Source: Asterias rubens (lineage: Eukaryota). From it: a stretch of DNA of 64,000 nt. The stretch covers positions 12,400,001 to 12,464,000 of the forward strand of contig NC_047074.1 of NCBI RefSeq assembly GCF_902459465.1, written 5' to 3'. Positions 25,201 through 36,560 of the stretch are shown here, one piece after another. Each line of letters opens with the position of its first letter. The stretch's first letter is position 1. The notes under the pieces were generated by a model. It did no database searches. It had not been told where the DNA came from and saw only the letters and a program-made list of their open reading frames with translations. The translations under genes were made by a program, and so were the position numbers.

Positions 25201-28200
25201 ACCAAGTGGGAAGACTGGTCTTTGACAATTGCCAATAGTGTCCAGTGTCTTTTACCATTTTTATCTAAAATATGTTTTTCTTGTAGCCCCTTCTAATTTT
25301 TGCATAGTTGGGGTCTTTGCCATAAAATGTTTATTTACAATGCCAAATGTTTTGAAAAATGTGTCCTTCTGAAATACTACAGTACTTTTTTTGCATAGCA
25401 AAACTGCTATACAAAATGCTTTTTTTGTATAGCAAAATCATAGCACTGTAGCAGTCCATAAACTTTGCATACATTTTTTGGGGTAAGCAAAATCATACTT
25501 TTACCATAGCAGTCCATAAATTTTGCATAGCAAATTTAAAAGTGGTTAAAAAATCATGATTCTTGAAATGATGTATACTTACTATAAAAGTCATTTTCGA
25601 GGCAGAAGTGATACGAATGAGAAAGAATTAACTGTACAAGTACATGTAGGCCTACAGTGTGTTTATACAATATCCCATGAAACCGGTTTGATGTATTATT
25701 GTGGTCATTGAAAATAAGGAAATATTAAAATTAAGTGTACTTGCACCCCCCCCCCCCATATTAAACAAGCAGATCACAAATATATTATATAAATTGTCAT
25801 TTAGGAGAAAAATATGTACCCCCCCCCCCTGTGTAATTTGTGTTGTACCTTGCATGGGCTAGAATGTTGTCTTTTATTTTTAAGACAATAAAAAGAAGTC
25901 CCACCCAAAACCATGTACTTTCAATGATCACTACTGCAGTTTTTCAGCCAAAGTAACACTACATGTACATTGTGACCTTCTAGGAATTTTATATACATTT
26001 TTTACTTTGCAAAAGCTTTGAAATTACATCTTTTTTGAGATTAATTAAGTAAATGTCTGTTGTTGTGAGATTCGTTAATGATAGTTGAACCGTTGTCATA
26101 GTTCCTTGAGTACATGATGTGACACTATCATTTTTTTTTAAAGTAAAACCTTGATTTTGAATGAAATTGTTCTTGTATATTCATGTTCAAAATATTTTTG
26201 TGCATGGGTATGCAAACAAAACTTGTCACTCGAAGTTTTGAGGCAAACTTGCTACTAAGGCCTGCTTTTCATCAATTATTTTAAATTAATACAATTTGTG
26301 TTCATCTGATTGTCTTTTCATTCTTTAGGTATTTAACTGAAGTGATACCGCTTCTATTTAATGATTGATTGGCTATTTCTCTCATTAATACGAAAGTTAT
26401 TGTAAACTGAAGGCATAACTTACTTACTGTAGTTCAGGGCAACTATTAAATTCGGTGCAGATTTTGTTTATGGCATCTACCTGACAGGCTTATCATGGTT
26501 GTCTCTTTCCAAGCCTAATAAGAATATTTTGTGGAGGAACAGCACATTTCGAAGCTCCATGGTAATTACTTAAAATGGGACACTACATTCCAATTCTTGC
26601 ACATACGTGTGTACAGTACAATGAATGTACATGTATATGGGATTGGATGGGTGGCAAGTCTTTCTTTTAATCTTTGCATCCCTATTCCTGTCAATAATAA
26701 TAATAATAACCCGTTTTTATATTGTATCAACCTGCAATTTTGACATATCTGAATTGAACCCTAACATATTTATTGCTCCCATGGATTTTTATTTTAAATG
26801 CTTTAGGGTAATAAATATAATTGCGATGGACCCCTATAGGCCTACAACAAAAGAAACTCTATTTAGAATAAAATAATATGATATTAATATTTAATATTCA
26901 ACTGAAACTAAGAAGCTTTATTTAAAATAAAATCAGACAAAAGTTTAAATCTCTTTTTTGAAGGTGTGGTGGCTCTGAAAAGAGCCGGTTGGTTTTAGAG
27001 CTGGTAATTCAGCGCTTATTTGGCAGCCTTGGCGGTCTTCTTGGGCAGAAGAACAGCCTGGATGTTGGGCAGTACACCTCCCTGGGCGATGGTGACTCCA
27101 CTGAGAAGCTTGTTCAACTCTTCGTCGTTGCGGATGGCGAGTTGCAAGTGACGGGGGTTGATTCTCGTCTTCTTGTTGTCACGGGCGGCGTTACCGGCCA
27201 ACTCGAGGATCTCAGCGGCCAAGTACTCCATGACGGCAGCCAAGTAGACCGGGGCACCAGCTCCGACTCTCTGGGCATAGTTTCCCTTGCGAAGGAAACG
27301 GTGGACACGGCCCACGGGGAACTGAAGTCCGGCTCTTGAAGAGCGGCTCTTTGCCTTGGAGCGGGCTTTTCCTCCTTTTCCTCGTCCAGACATGATGTTT
27401 ATTTTTGGTGGTTTGGCGTATTAGATACGAATGATGAATATGATGTTCGTCAGCCTTTTTATACGGTTTCAGGGGTTTCACGTACTGTCCAATCACGAAC
27501 GAGATCTCTTAAAGTCCCGCCTATTTTTACCGCAGCAGTTGTGCGCCTGAAGAAAGTGTGTGTAATGTACATAACATTGTGCACACAAACGATTCGGCGC
27601 GACCGCGTTAGCGATCCCATCACCAACCAATCACATATCGCGATTCTAGGATCCTCGCTACAATCCGTTCCTGGATCCTTCATTTGCATACTGGATGGTA
27701 TAAATAGCGCTGAAACGCTAATGGTCTTCATTCTTGCAATTTTTGCGAAACAACCGAATAACAATCATGCCACCCAAGCCAAGCGGAAAGGGACAGAAGA
27801 AGGCCGGTAAGGCTAAGGGAGCTCCCCGTACCGACAAGAAGAGACGCAGAAAGAGAAAGGAGAGCTATGGAATCTACATCTACAAGGTGATGAAGCAAGT
27901 GCACCCAGACACCGGCATCTCCAGCCGTGCCATGAGCATCATGAACAGCTTCGTCAACGACATCTTCGAGCGTATTGCCGCCGAGGCTTCCCGCCTGGCC
28001 CACTACAACAAGAAGTCCACCATCACCAGCCGTGAAGTCCAGACCGCAGTCCGACTCCTTCTGCCCGGTGAGCTGGCCAAGCACGCTGTCAGCGAGGGAA
28101 CCAAGGCTGTCACCAAGTACACCACCTCCAAATAGACGGTGTATTTGTACGCCTCAAAACCAACCGGCTCTTTTCAGAGCCACCATATTTTCAAAAAAGA

Positions 28201-31200
28201 GAAATAACCATTCTGTCTGATTTTGTGTCCCAATAACATTAAACAAATAGAGCTTTAAAAAAATTATTTGCATGAATGATGTAGGCACTAAGCCTAGTCC
28301 ATCAATGAAGAGGAATTTGAAGAGTTTAAAATTTTCACAGGTTTGTTAATTTTTGCATATTATTAATGTTAAGATACACCAATTGTAAAAAGTGGTCTTT
28401 GACCATTGCATTACAAATAGTGTCTTTAAAATAGGGTTAAACAAAAATCAAACTTTAAAAAGTTAGTGCAATGATTTTGCCCGGTTTTTTTAGTGGATTA
28501 GGGGAAATGCCACCTGGGACTAAATATGAAAAACAATAAGACCATTATTTATTGTATACGGAAAAGAAAATTGCTGTATTTCCCCCAAAATGACAGTCGT
28601 GTACAAGTATTAGTAATGTACAATGTAGACATTATGTAAACTCCTTCAAATTTTAAAAAGGCGCTTTTATTGATTTTTGTTGGTGTGGGGTCGTTATTAT
28701 TTATGGACAAAAGTACAATATTTTCAAATCCTTTCAGACCCATAAAATAATTAAAAAGATGAAAGCTGACAAACCCAAACAATGGAGGGCATGCAGTAAA
28801 TGCCCCTATCTTAATTCACAGGAAAGTTTAAAATAGTACCTTAGATCAATCAAAGTCGAGGTTTAAAAATTATCTACTCTTTTTAGGTCGAATAATACAT
28901 GTACATGTACATGTATAGGTTTTTTTTCACCAAGCTATTCTTTTTCGCGCGAAATCGAATGCTACTAAAAAGGGTCATTTGATTTTGTTTTATGAATATG
29001 ATTACTCAAATGTAATGCTGCGTCGTTCGATTTAACAAAATATAATCATTCATTACAGCAGAATTCAAATTCGCAGACGCTTCTTGAGGCGTGTGTGTCA
29101 CGAAAACGAATGACGATAAGCTAAATTGAACAGAGCGCTAAAGGAATTTGACTTGACTCAAAACGAAATTGAATGGCCGAATTCCGAATTTAAAACGCAG
29201 TAACAACTGAAGAGGCAAAACAGCTTTAATTCGAACGCATGCAAAATAAGTGCAACGATTTTGCTTGTGGATGGGGAAAGTTGCGCCTGGACGCCTACTC
29301 ACAAAAATGATTGTTCATGTACATGTACATATGTATAAAGAAATTTGCTGTAAAAAAACAGGTAGGCCCCCTGCTCACGTTGGTAATTACTAATTATGTG
29401 CATTAGCATAAAAAGTTACTTGGGATTGAGCAACTGAGTGACAGCTGTTGATAGCGATAGTATAAAACATTGTGAGAAGCGACTCCCTCTGAACATAGAG
29501 CAAGGCTCTGAAGTAGCGTAGTAGTTGAGAAAAAGGTGGAGGGAGGATTTGCAAATAATATTTTATAATTTGTCTTCTTCCATCAACAATAACCCCCCCC
29601 CCCCACAAAAAAAAAAAAAAAACGCGGCTTTTTTAAATTCTGAATAATATCAAACGGCTTCCAAAGGAAGTTTACATTATTATCTACCATGAGAAACACA
29701 CCTGTTTTGGGGCTAAAAACTATCTTTGCATTTTTATATATTTAAAAATACCTGACGTTAACTTCAGCTTGTTAAAACTGAAAATAATGAACATGGCATG
29801 CATGAAATTAATTTTGGATTCTGAAGCTCACTCAAAAAAAAAAAAATATTGATAAAGTGGTAAAAAAAAGAAATCTTTAGAGTTACGATTAAAATTAAGT
29901 ACAAACAATCAAGGTTTTTAGTTCAAATTCCTCTCCATCGATGGACTCCAGAAAAAAACTAGCCAATGAAGTAATAATATAAAGAAGTTATTTTTTAATA
30001 GCTCTATTTATTTAATATTGGGACACAAAATCAGGCAGATTGGTTACTTCTCTTTTTTGAAAATGTGGTGGCTCTGAAAAGAGCCGGTTGGTTTTGAGGC
30101 GTACAAATACACCGTCTATTTGGAGGTGGTGTACTTGGTGACAGCCTTGGTTCCCTCGCTGACAGCGTGCTTGGCCAGCTCACCGGGCAGAAGGAGTCGG
30201 ACTGCGGTCTGGACTTCACGGCTGGTGATGGTGGACTTCTTGTTGTAGTGGGCCAGGCGGGAAGCCTCGGCAGCAATACGCTCGAAGATGTCGTTGACGA
30301 AGCTGTTCATGATGCTCATGGCACGGCTGGAGATGCCGGTGTCTGGGTGCACTTGCTTCATCACCTTGTAGATGTAGATTCCATAGCTCTCCTTTCTCTT
30401 TCTGCGTCTCTTCTTGTCGGTACGGGGAGCTCCCTTAGCCTTACCGGCCTTCTTCTGTCCCTTTCCGCTTGGCTTGGGTGGCATGATTGTATTCGGTTGT
30501 TCGCAAAATTTGCAGAATGACGGTTACCCAAAATACTCGGCTTTAAATACTTTTTCTATATGCAAATTAGGATCCAGTGCAGATTTTTCGTGAATACTTA
30601 TCCCAATCGCCCGCTGAAATTTCCCACTGAATTTTACGAAACTTGATTGGTTGTTGTGCGACCGTGAGCCCACAAAGGCTGTGTGGATGTGTATGCGGGA
30701 CGTGTGCAAACACCTGCCAAGGCACTCGCTCTACACCGTGTACCCATATTGTAAACAGGTGCACAAAGGGGGTTCGTCGTAGGCGGGTTTTCGGTACTTC
30801 GTGTTATGATTGGTCAATGCATGGATCCTCCGTTGGATGCCAGGAAACCCTATAAAAAGGCTGACTTGGAATTTATTAGGCATTCGTTCTCGTTCAAGTA
30901 ACTACACGAAATAATCATCATGTCTGGACGTGGTAAAGGAGGAAAGGCACGCGCCAAGGCAAAGAGCCGATCTGCAAGAGCTGGGCTTCAGTTCCCCGTG
31001 GGCCGTGTCCACCGTTTCCTTCGCAAGGGAAACTATGCCCAGAGAGTCGGAGCTGGTGCCCCGGTCTACTTGGCTGCCGTCATGGAGTACTTGGCCGCTG
31101 AGATCCTCGAGTTGGCCGGTAACGCCGCCCGTGACAACAAGAAGACGAGAATCAACCCCCGTCACTTGCAACTCGCCATCCGCAACGACGAAGAGTTGAA

Positions 31201-32977
31201 CAAGCTTCTCAGTGGAGTCACCATCGCCCAGGGAGGTGTACTGCCCAACATCCAGGCTGTTCTTCTGCCCAAGAAGACCGCCAAGGCTGCCAAATAAGCG
31301 CTGAATTCTCGGCTCTAAAACCAACCGGCTCTTTTCAGAGCCACCACACTTTCAAAAAAGAGATTTAAACTTTTGTCTGATCGTTTTTAAATAAAGTTTT
31401 CTTAGTTAAACAATAAATTAATTTTTATTTACTAGAGTTTCCTTATTTATATTCCACGCTATAAAAAAAAAAAGTTGTTACCCTTTTTAAACATTAAACA
31501 TTTTTATGGGCAATAAAAAGTTTAGGGTTCAAAAGTGTCCCCAGCCTTTGCAGGTTGTTAAACGGAATGCTTAATGTAGAACTCTCAACCCAACTTCAAA
31601 AACTCTTTCACACATGTGGGATGTCGTGTGCATGAATTTGTGTGCATCTCGTAGTTTAAAGGTGGTGTCTTGTCTGCTCCCCAAAATATTATTATATTAT
31701 TCTTCTATGAGAATGATTAAGAAAGAGACGATCATGTACAGATGCCATTAAATAAAAAATTCTGTCTGTTGCCCTGAAGTTACAAATTCAGTTAAGTTCG
31801 ATAACTTTCTAACTGATGATGACTGGAGCAAGCTAGTCGAAATGTTGAGACCAATTTAAGAACTGACTCTGCGGTAGTGCAGTTAACTACGATCCTATAA
31901 GCTAAAATAGTACAATGTAGTCCCAGCTAGTAGTCCCAGTCAATTTTTCTACACCTTCCGGCTAGTAGTTAAAAAGCAGGTCAGTTCTTTTCAGAACTGC
32001 GAAGTCTCCCGAACAACCAATAAATGTACTCCGCAATAGTAGAATAAAGAAAGATAGTTCTCTAAGAACAAACTCTACCTGACAAGTAGATACAAACACT
32101 GTGTCACCGCAAACCAAATTATACTGTATATTGATACCTCACCATGCAATGCCTCAAATCCTTTAAAGTTTCTAATTAGCGAGAGAAATAGGCAGACATT
32201 TATAGAAGTGAAAGTACAATCAGATGGACACAAATATAATTCAAACAATTGGCATTTGACAAGAACAAATCATTACGGGTCTCAAGACTCGATGGAAGAC
32301 AGCGACAAGATAGCTTTGACACTGCTCTAGAATTGCAAAGGTCGTGGGTTCGAATCCCACCCGAGTAAAATGCCTGTGATTTTTTTCACAGGACTCGGGA
32401 AAGTACTGAGTATACAGTGCTACACACATCGGTGTATATGGGTAAAAACCAAAAATTAATATTAAGATAGCTTTGATACGAGAGGACTGTTTTTAAAAGA
32501 TGAAGGTATTTTTGAAGATGCACAAATACATTGGACGTAATAACAACTATTTCAAACAAATTAAAGGTTTTACTTTCAGAAATTTAGTGAATGGTCACAT
32601 GTACTCATGGAACTATGATATCAATTCCGCTATCGATAACAAATCTCACAACAGAAGACGCCCTCCGGGTGTGAAAAGCGCTATTATTATTATTATTGTT
32701 TTTATTATTATTTCTTGTTCTAGGTACGGTACTTACTTGCATTGAAGAGAGCGACGACGTTGGAGATAGTGGCGATCTCATCTTGAGGATGCAGCCCAAC
32801 TCCCTAGCAAGGAGAAGACCCGCAACCAAGGGGAACCCCCTTCAGACTGTGGTGGATGTTCATACTCCTATCGGGTTTATTCAGGGGTCTCAAGACTCGC
32901 TGGAAGACGGCGATAAGATATCTGTGATAGGAGAGGAGGAGGACTGTAAAGATGAAGGTATTCTTGAAGATGCTTAG
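22269..32977 (+). CDS. GPR161: GPR161-like class A GPCR, 3 coding exons, 472 aa
   Basis: Exons 22269-22639, 23523-24316, 32724-32977 (phase 2 then 1). [34 protein letters not shown]|[18 protein letters not shown] and NDSG|T resemble vertebrate GPR161; terminal exon inferred from acceptor ttgttctag, phase match and acidic tail. 5' UTR acceptor at 22152. Confidence 0.85.
24881..25250 (+). mobile_element. Kolobok-like MITE family A
   Basis: Family A body and TIRs. Confidence 0.85.
27016..27393 (-). CDS. H2A: Histone H2A, copy 1
   Basis: 125-aa H2A; stem-loop 26971-26986 and downstream element 26950-26960 on minus strand; TATA 27456-27463. Confidence 0.99.
   Translation of the reverse strand: MSGRGKGGKARSKAKSRSSRAGLQFPVGRVHRFLRKGNYAQRVGAGAPVYLAAVMEYLAAEILELAGNAARDNKKTRINPRHLQLAIRNDEELNKLLSGVTIAQGGVLPNIQAVLLPKKTAKAAK
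27394..27766. promoter_or_regulatory. Divergent H2A/H2B promoter 1
   Basis: TATA on each side, CCAAT boxes, H2B octamer element. Confidence 0.85.
27767..28135 (+). CDS. H2B: Histone H2B, copy 1
   Basis: 122-aa H2B from ATG 27767; octamer ATTTGCAT 27682-27689, TATAAATA 27699-27706; stem-loop 28166-28181; downstream element 28192-28202. Confidence 0.99.
   Translation: MPPKPSGKGQKKAGKAKGAPRTDKKRRRKRKESYGIYIYKVMKQVHPDTGISSRAMSIMNSFVNDIFERIAAEASRLAHYNKKSTITSREVQTAVRLLLPGELAKHAVSEGTKAVTKYTTSK
30116..30484 (-). CDS. H2B: Histone H2B, copy 2
   Basis: Protein identical to copy 1; octamer (ATGCAAAT on plus) 30560-30567; stem-loop 30070-30085. Confidence 0.99.
   Translation of the reverse strand: MPPKPSGKGQKKAGKAKGAPRTDKKRRRKRKESYGIYIYKVMKQVHPDTGISSRAMSIMNSFVNDIFERIAAEASRLAHYNKKSTITSREVQTAVRLLLPGELAKHAVSEGTKAVTKYTTSK
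30485..30919. promoter_or_regulatory. Divergent H2B/H2A promoter 2
   Basis: TATA on each side, CCAAT/ATTGG boxes, octamer; GAAACC.TATAAAAAGGCTGAC shared with promoter 1. Confidence 0.85.
30920..31297 (+). CDS. H2A: Histone H2A, copy 2
   Basis: 125-aa H2A differing from copy 1 at two N-terminal residues; TATAAAA 30851-30857; stem-loop 31327-31342; downstream element 31353-31363. Confidence 0.99.
   Translation: MSGRGKGGKARAKAKSRSARAGLQFPVGRVHRFLRKGNYAQRVGAGAPVYLAAVMEYLAAEILELAGNAARDNKKTRINPRHLQLAIRNDEELNKLLSGVTIAQGGVLPNIQAVLLPKKTAKAAK
31760..32160 (+). mobile_element. Penelope-like terminal-repeat fragment with degenerate hammerhead motif
   Basis: CTGATGA..GACTGG/CTAGTC..GAAATGTTGAGAC at 31813-31851; body homologous to 61920-62330. 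Confidence 0.6.
32320..32463 (+). mobile_element. 5'-truncated tRNA-SINE with 13-bp TSD
   Basis: TSD AAGATAGCTTTGA at 32307-32319 and 32464-32476. Confidence 0.85.
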
Positions 32978-34039
32978 GTTTCATAGCAAAACTTAAATTG
33001 ATGATAAATCAAATTTGATTATGGTCAAAGAAAAATGCCTAGTTGTAAGGAACTGGGCCCAATTCCCTTTAGATGCTTAAACACTTTGCCTTGCATCAGA
33101 CGAGATGGTCTATAAAAAGTGTTTATAACCATTTGTTATACAATGCTTAAGGTTGGAAAGATGTTGTAAAAGTAGAATACAATGATCCACACAAATTTGC
33201 CTCGAAATTGCACGGTTTTCCTTTTACTTTGCGATCAAAAATTTGACTCCCATAAATGGCCAACCGTGTTAGTGGACGAGGTAAAAGGAAAACCGTGCAA
33301 TTTCGAGGCATGTTTGTGTTGATCATTGTATTCTACTTTTACAACATCTTTCTAACCATATGCTTTTTTAAAAACGGTTACAAATGCTTTTCAAAGACCA
33401 ACTCGACCGATCCAAGGAAAAGTGTTCCTTTAAAGAAATGGTTTGGGTACTTTTTGTAATACAAAAAATAGTGTCCACAGATTTCAATTAAACTTACATT
33501 AAACTTGCACGGTTTGAAGATATTAGTATACCAGTACTGGTAAATACGTACATTGTACATGCCAAACAAAAATGTGTCAACCAAAAGCACCCAAACCCTT
33601 TAAGCTGTGGAATAGCGACTGTTTGCACAGAATTTGGTGAATCTGGGATTTGGTTCTCCTCCAACTATTTTTTTATGATTTACCTCCCGCTTGTGGTCTA
33701 TAAAATTTTAATAGAGAATAGCTTTAAGTGTTAGTGTACTCAATGCAATTATAAATGTCAAAAAAACTCTCAGTGCACTGAGAATTTGTTTGCATTTATA
33801 AATGCAATTTAGACAATATTCCTTTTTGGGGACGTAGATAGATCATAGTTTATTTAAAGTAAGACATATCTTTAAAAGTGTATTTTTACAGATTTGTATT
33901 TTACATTGAACATCTCAGGAGCATGTTGCTTAGTACTAGAAGGCTGCATAATTTTTTTCTGTTTTATAGGCTTCTGCCTAATATTATTTAAATTTTCTCC
34001 TGCTGAAGAGAGAGAGAGAGAGGGATTCGAGAGAGTAAA

Positions 34040-34320
34040 CAATAATAATAATAACCGTATTTATAACGCGCCTTTTGCCAAAGGATACAAAGCGCCAGGT
34101 AGTATTACTGCAAGGGACGAAGTTTGAGATATAAGACCTAATCCTAAAGCACCATGTAATGGTTTACAAGGTGCTGTGGCGCAATATGCTGCCAATCCAG
34201 CCAGGAACACCGGGGCGAACCCCTTCTCTTTTCGATAAGTGCACTGGGTTCTTTTTCCATGCGTTTTACACAACACATGGGACCAACGGCTTTACGTCCC
34301 ATCCGAAGGACGAAAAAAAT
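34040..34320 (-). mobile_element. SINE-like fragment with (ATT)n tail
   Basis: AATAATAATAAT tail and SINE-like body GGGACCAACGGCTTTACGTCCCATCCGAAGGAC. Confidence 0.5.
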
Positions 34321-36189
34321 GTGTCCGTCCAAAGTAAAATTCAACTTCCATGTGATTATAACTAAAGATGACAAGTGTCAAATGAAGTGTAGGGCAATTT
34401 TTTTAGAGTGTAATACAGTTTTCACTAAGATTTTTTATATTAAATGAAAAGGTTATGCAGTTTCGAAATGCTACCAACCAAGTGCCTAAAGCCCAGTTCA
34501 TACTTCCTGCGTATATGAATGTGATACGACTTTTGATGTCACAAATTTGGAACAAATAATTTGGAAGAGTAGAGATGTGCTCAACTTAACTGCAAATCAT
34601 TCGCAGTGAAAAGAGCCATATGGCTTCGTGTTCGCAGCAAGTATGAACTATGCTTTTATTGTTCGGTTTGAATTTAAGAAACCCAAATAAGTACAATGCC
34701 TTGTCCTTACCTTCTCTACATATTGTCCAGCAATCATCATTTCTTCCAAGACGCCTTCTTTTAAGTAACGAGTCTGCTTTACGGTAGTACTCTGTTTGGA
34801 TGTGAAACATCACCACTTTGAAACACCTGTATCGATCAAAACCAACCAAACTTTTAGTAAAACTTTATAAACCTCTTGGAAAGTATTTTTTATTCACTGG
34901 CCCCTTTAAGAAACTGAAGTTTGGGCTACAGTCGCATGGGCCCAATTTCATAAAGCCTGTAAGCACAAAAAATTTGCTAAGCACAGAAAAATATTGCTTA
35001 ACAGATTACCAGATTACCAGCCAAAGTACTTTAAGTTTACATTGTGGTGACTGGTGCTCCACTCATTTTGTTTTTGCTATTAAAGCAAAGAAATTCCTCA
35101 AGCGGTGTTTTCTGCTTAACAGCTTTATGAAATTGAGCCCAGTTTTCAACAAAGCACTTTTTCAAAAGAACTGACTGGGGCCTGAAGCCCGGTTCGTACT
35201 TCACGCAAAAGTGAAGCGAATTTTTGTGCATTACACTTGGAAGAACGGCGCGTATCGATTATTGCGCTCGCCAGTAAGAACAGGGCTTAGCCCAGAGCCC
35301 AAGCCAAACAGTTTTTTAAAGGGCAAGTGCAATAAATGTTGCAAAATTTACTTAAATTTAGAGAAAAATTCACAAATCTGTAGAGTTGGTTTCTGATTGA
35401 ATCTCTTGCAAGCCCCATTATATGATGTCAGTAAAATTTGTCATCGTATTTACCGTTGTTGTAGCATACTTAATTTAGAGTAGGCATAAACTTAAGAATT
35501 CTTAAAGACATGAGAATGTGAGTTGATTTTTTAAATTGTCTTTATTTGACAAAACAACAACTTCAACAATAAAGAACTCAATAAATAGATGAACAACTTA
35601 ATGAAAAGATGAAATAAATTGTGTACATTTTTGATAAATTTAAGGGTCTCAGATAAGAATCAAAGCCAAGAATTCAAGCAATTAGTCACTTTGAGTCATT
35701 GTTTTACTAGTTTTACCAAATCTTTCCATAGTATTTTACTACGACGTCTCCTTCAGGAACTTAATCAACAAGTAGAAAATTTAAAAATTTCAAACACTTA
35801 ACTTGCAAAAAGAGGAAATAATAAGAAACAGTGTTTTTTTGTTTGTAAAATGTAACAATGTAAACACAACTTTTTATAAGAAAATGAACTTCACTCTAAA
35901 TTCACATTAGTTAGCTTGATAACCAGTTCACTGTTTTCAGAAATCATTGTTCAGGAATCTAACATAGGCTATCCCCTTTATCAATCTTTGTCGTTCTTTT
36001 CATATCAACGGACGTCGGTTCTAAATTGAAGTAGCTCCCAGAAGCCTCGCTTTACGCATCTGTGTTCAAATCATCCAGCACATTACAGCATTTGCCGTTG
36101 TAACTTATAGCTGTGAAGCAAGAACATTTTTTTTTTTTTTCCAAAAGGTCATGGCGGTTCTCCTCTTCACATGGAGTCATTTTGTGACT

Positions 36190-36530
36190 AATTCTCACTG
36201 GTTGAGTGTTTTTGTAGTTCTGCTTGAATCTACTTTTTCCATCGATCCATTTCACCTCCAATGCAAAACTTGTCGGTTTGGACGAGAAACTCTTGTGGAG
36301 ACTCTCACAGGCTGAGGGACTGAGTACTATGGTTTTGTAGATTCACTTGAATATTTTCCATCGATTCATTTCACCTTCACTTTTGCAACCAATACAAAAC
36401 TTTATGTCGGATTGGGCGAGAAATTCTTGTGGAAACTCTCACAGGTTGAGTGTTGTGTTTTGCAGAACCTCTCAAATTGTTTTCCACATTTGCATCCAAT
36501 ACAAAACTTCAGTGTGAGACTCGATAGTTA
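36190..36530. repeat. Degenerate tandem repeat, about 125-130 bp x2.5, downstream of the RFX stop
   Basis: Recurrent TTTTCCATCGAT.CATTTCACC...AAAACTT..GTCGG.TTGG.CGAGAAA.TCTTGTGGA.ACTCTCACAGG. Confidence 0.75.
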
Positions 36531-36560
36531 TCACAAATTCCAAACCATGGTTGTTTCTTT

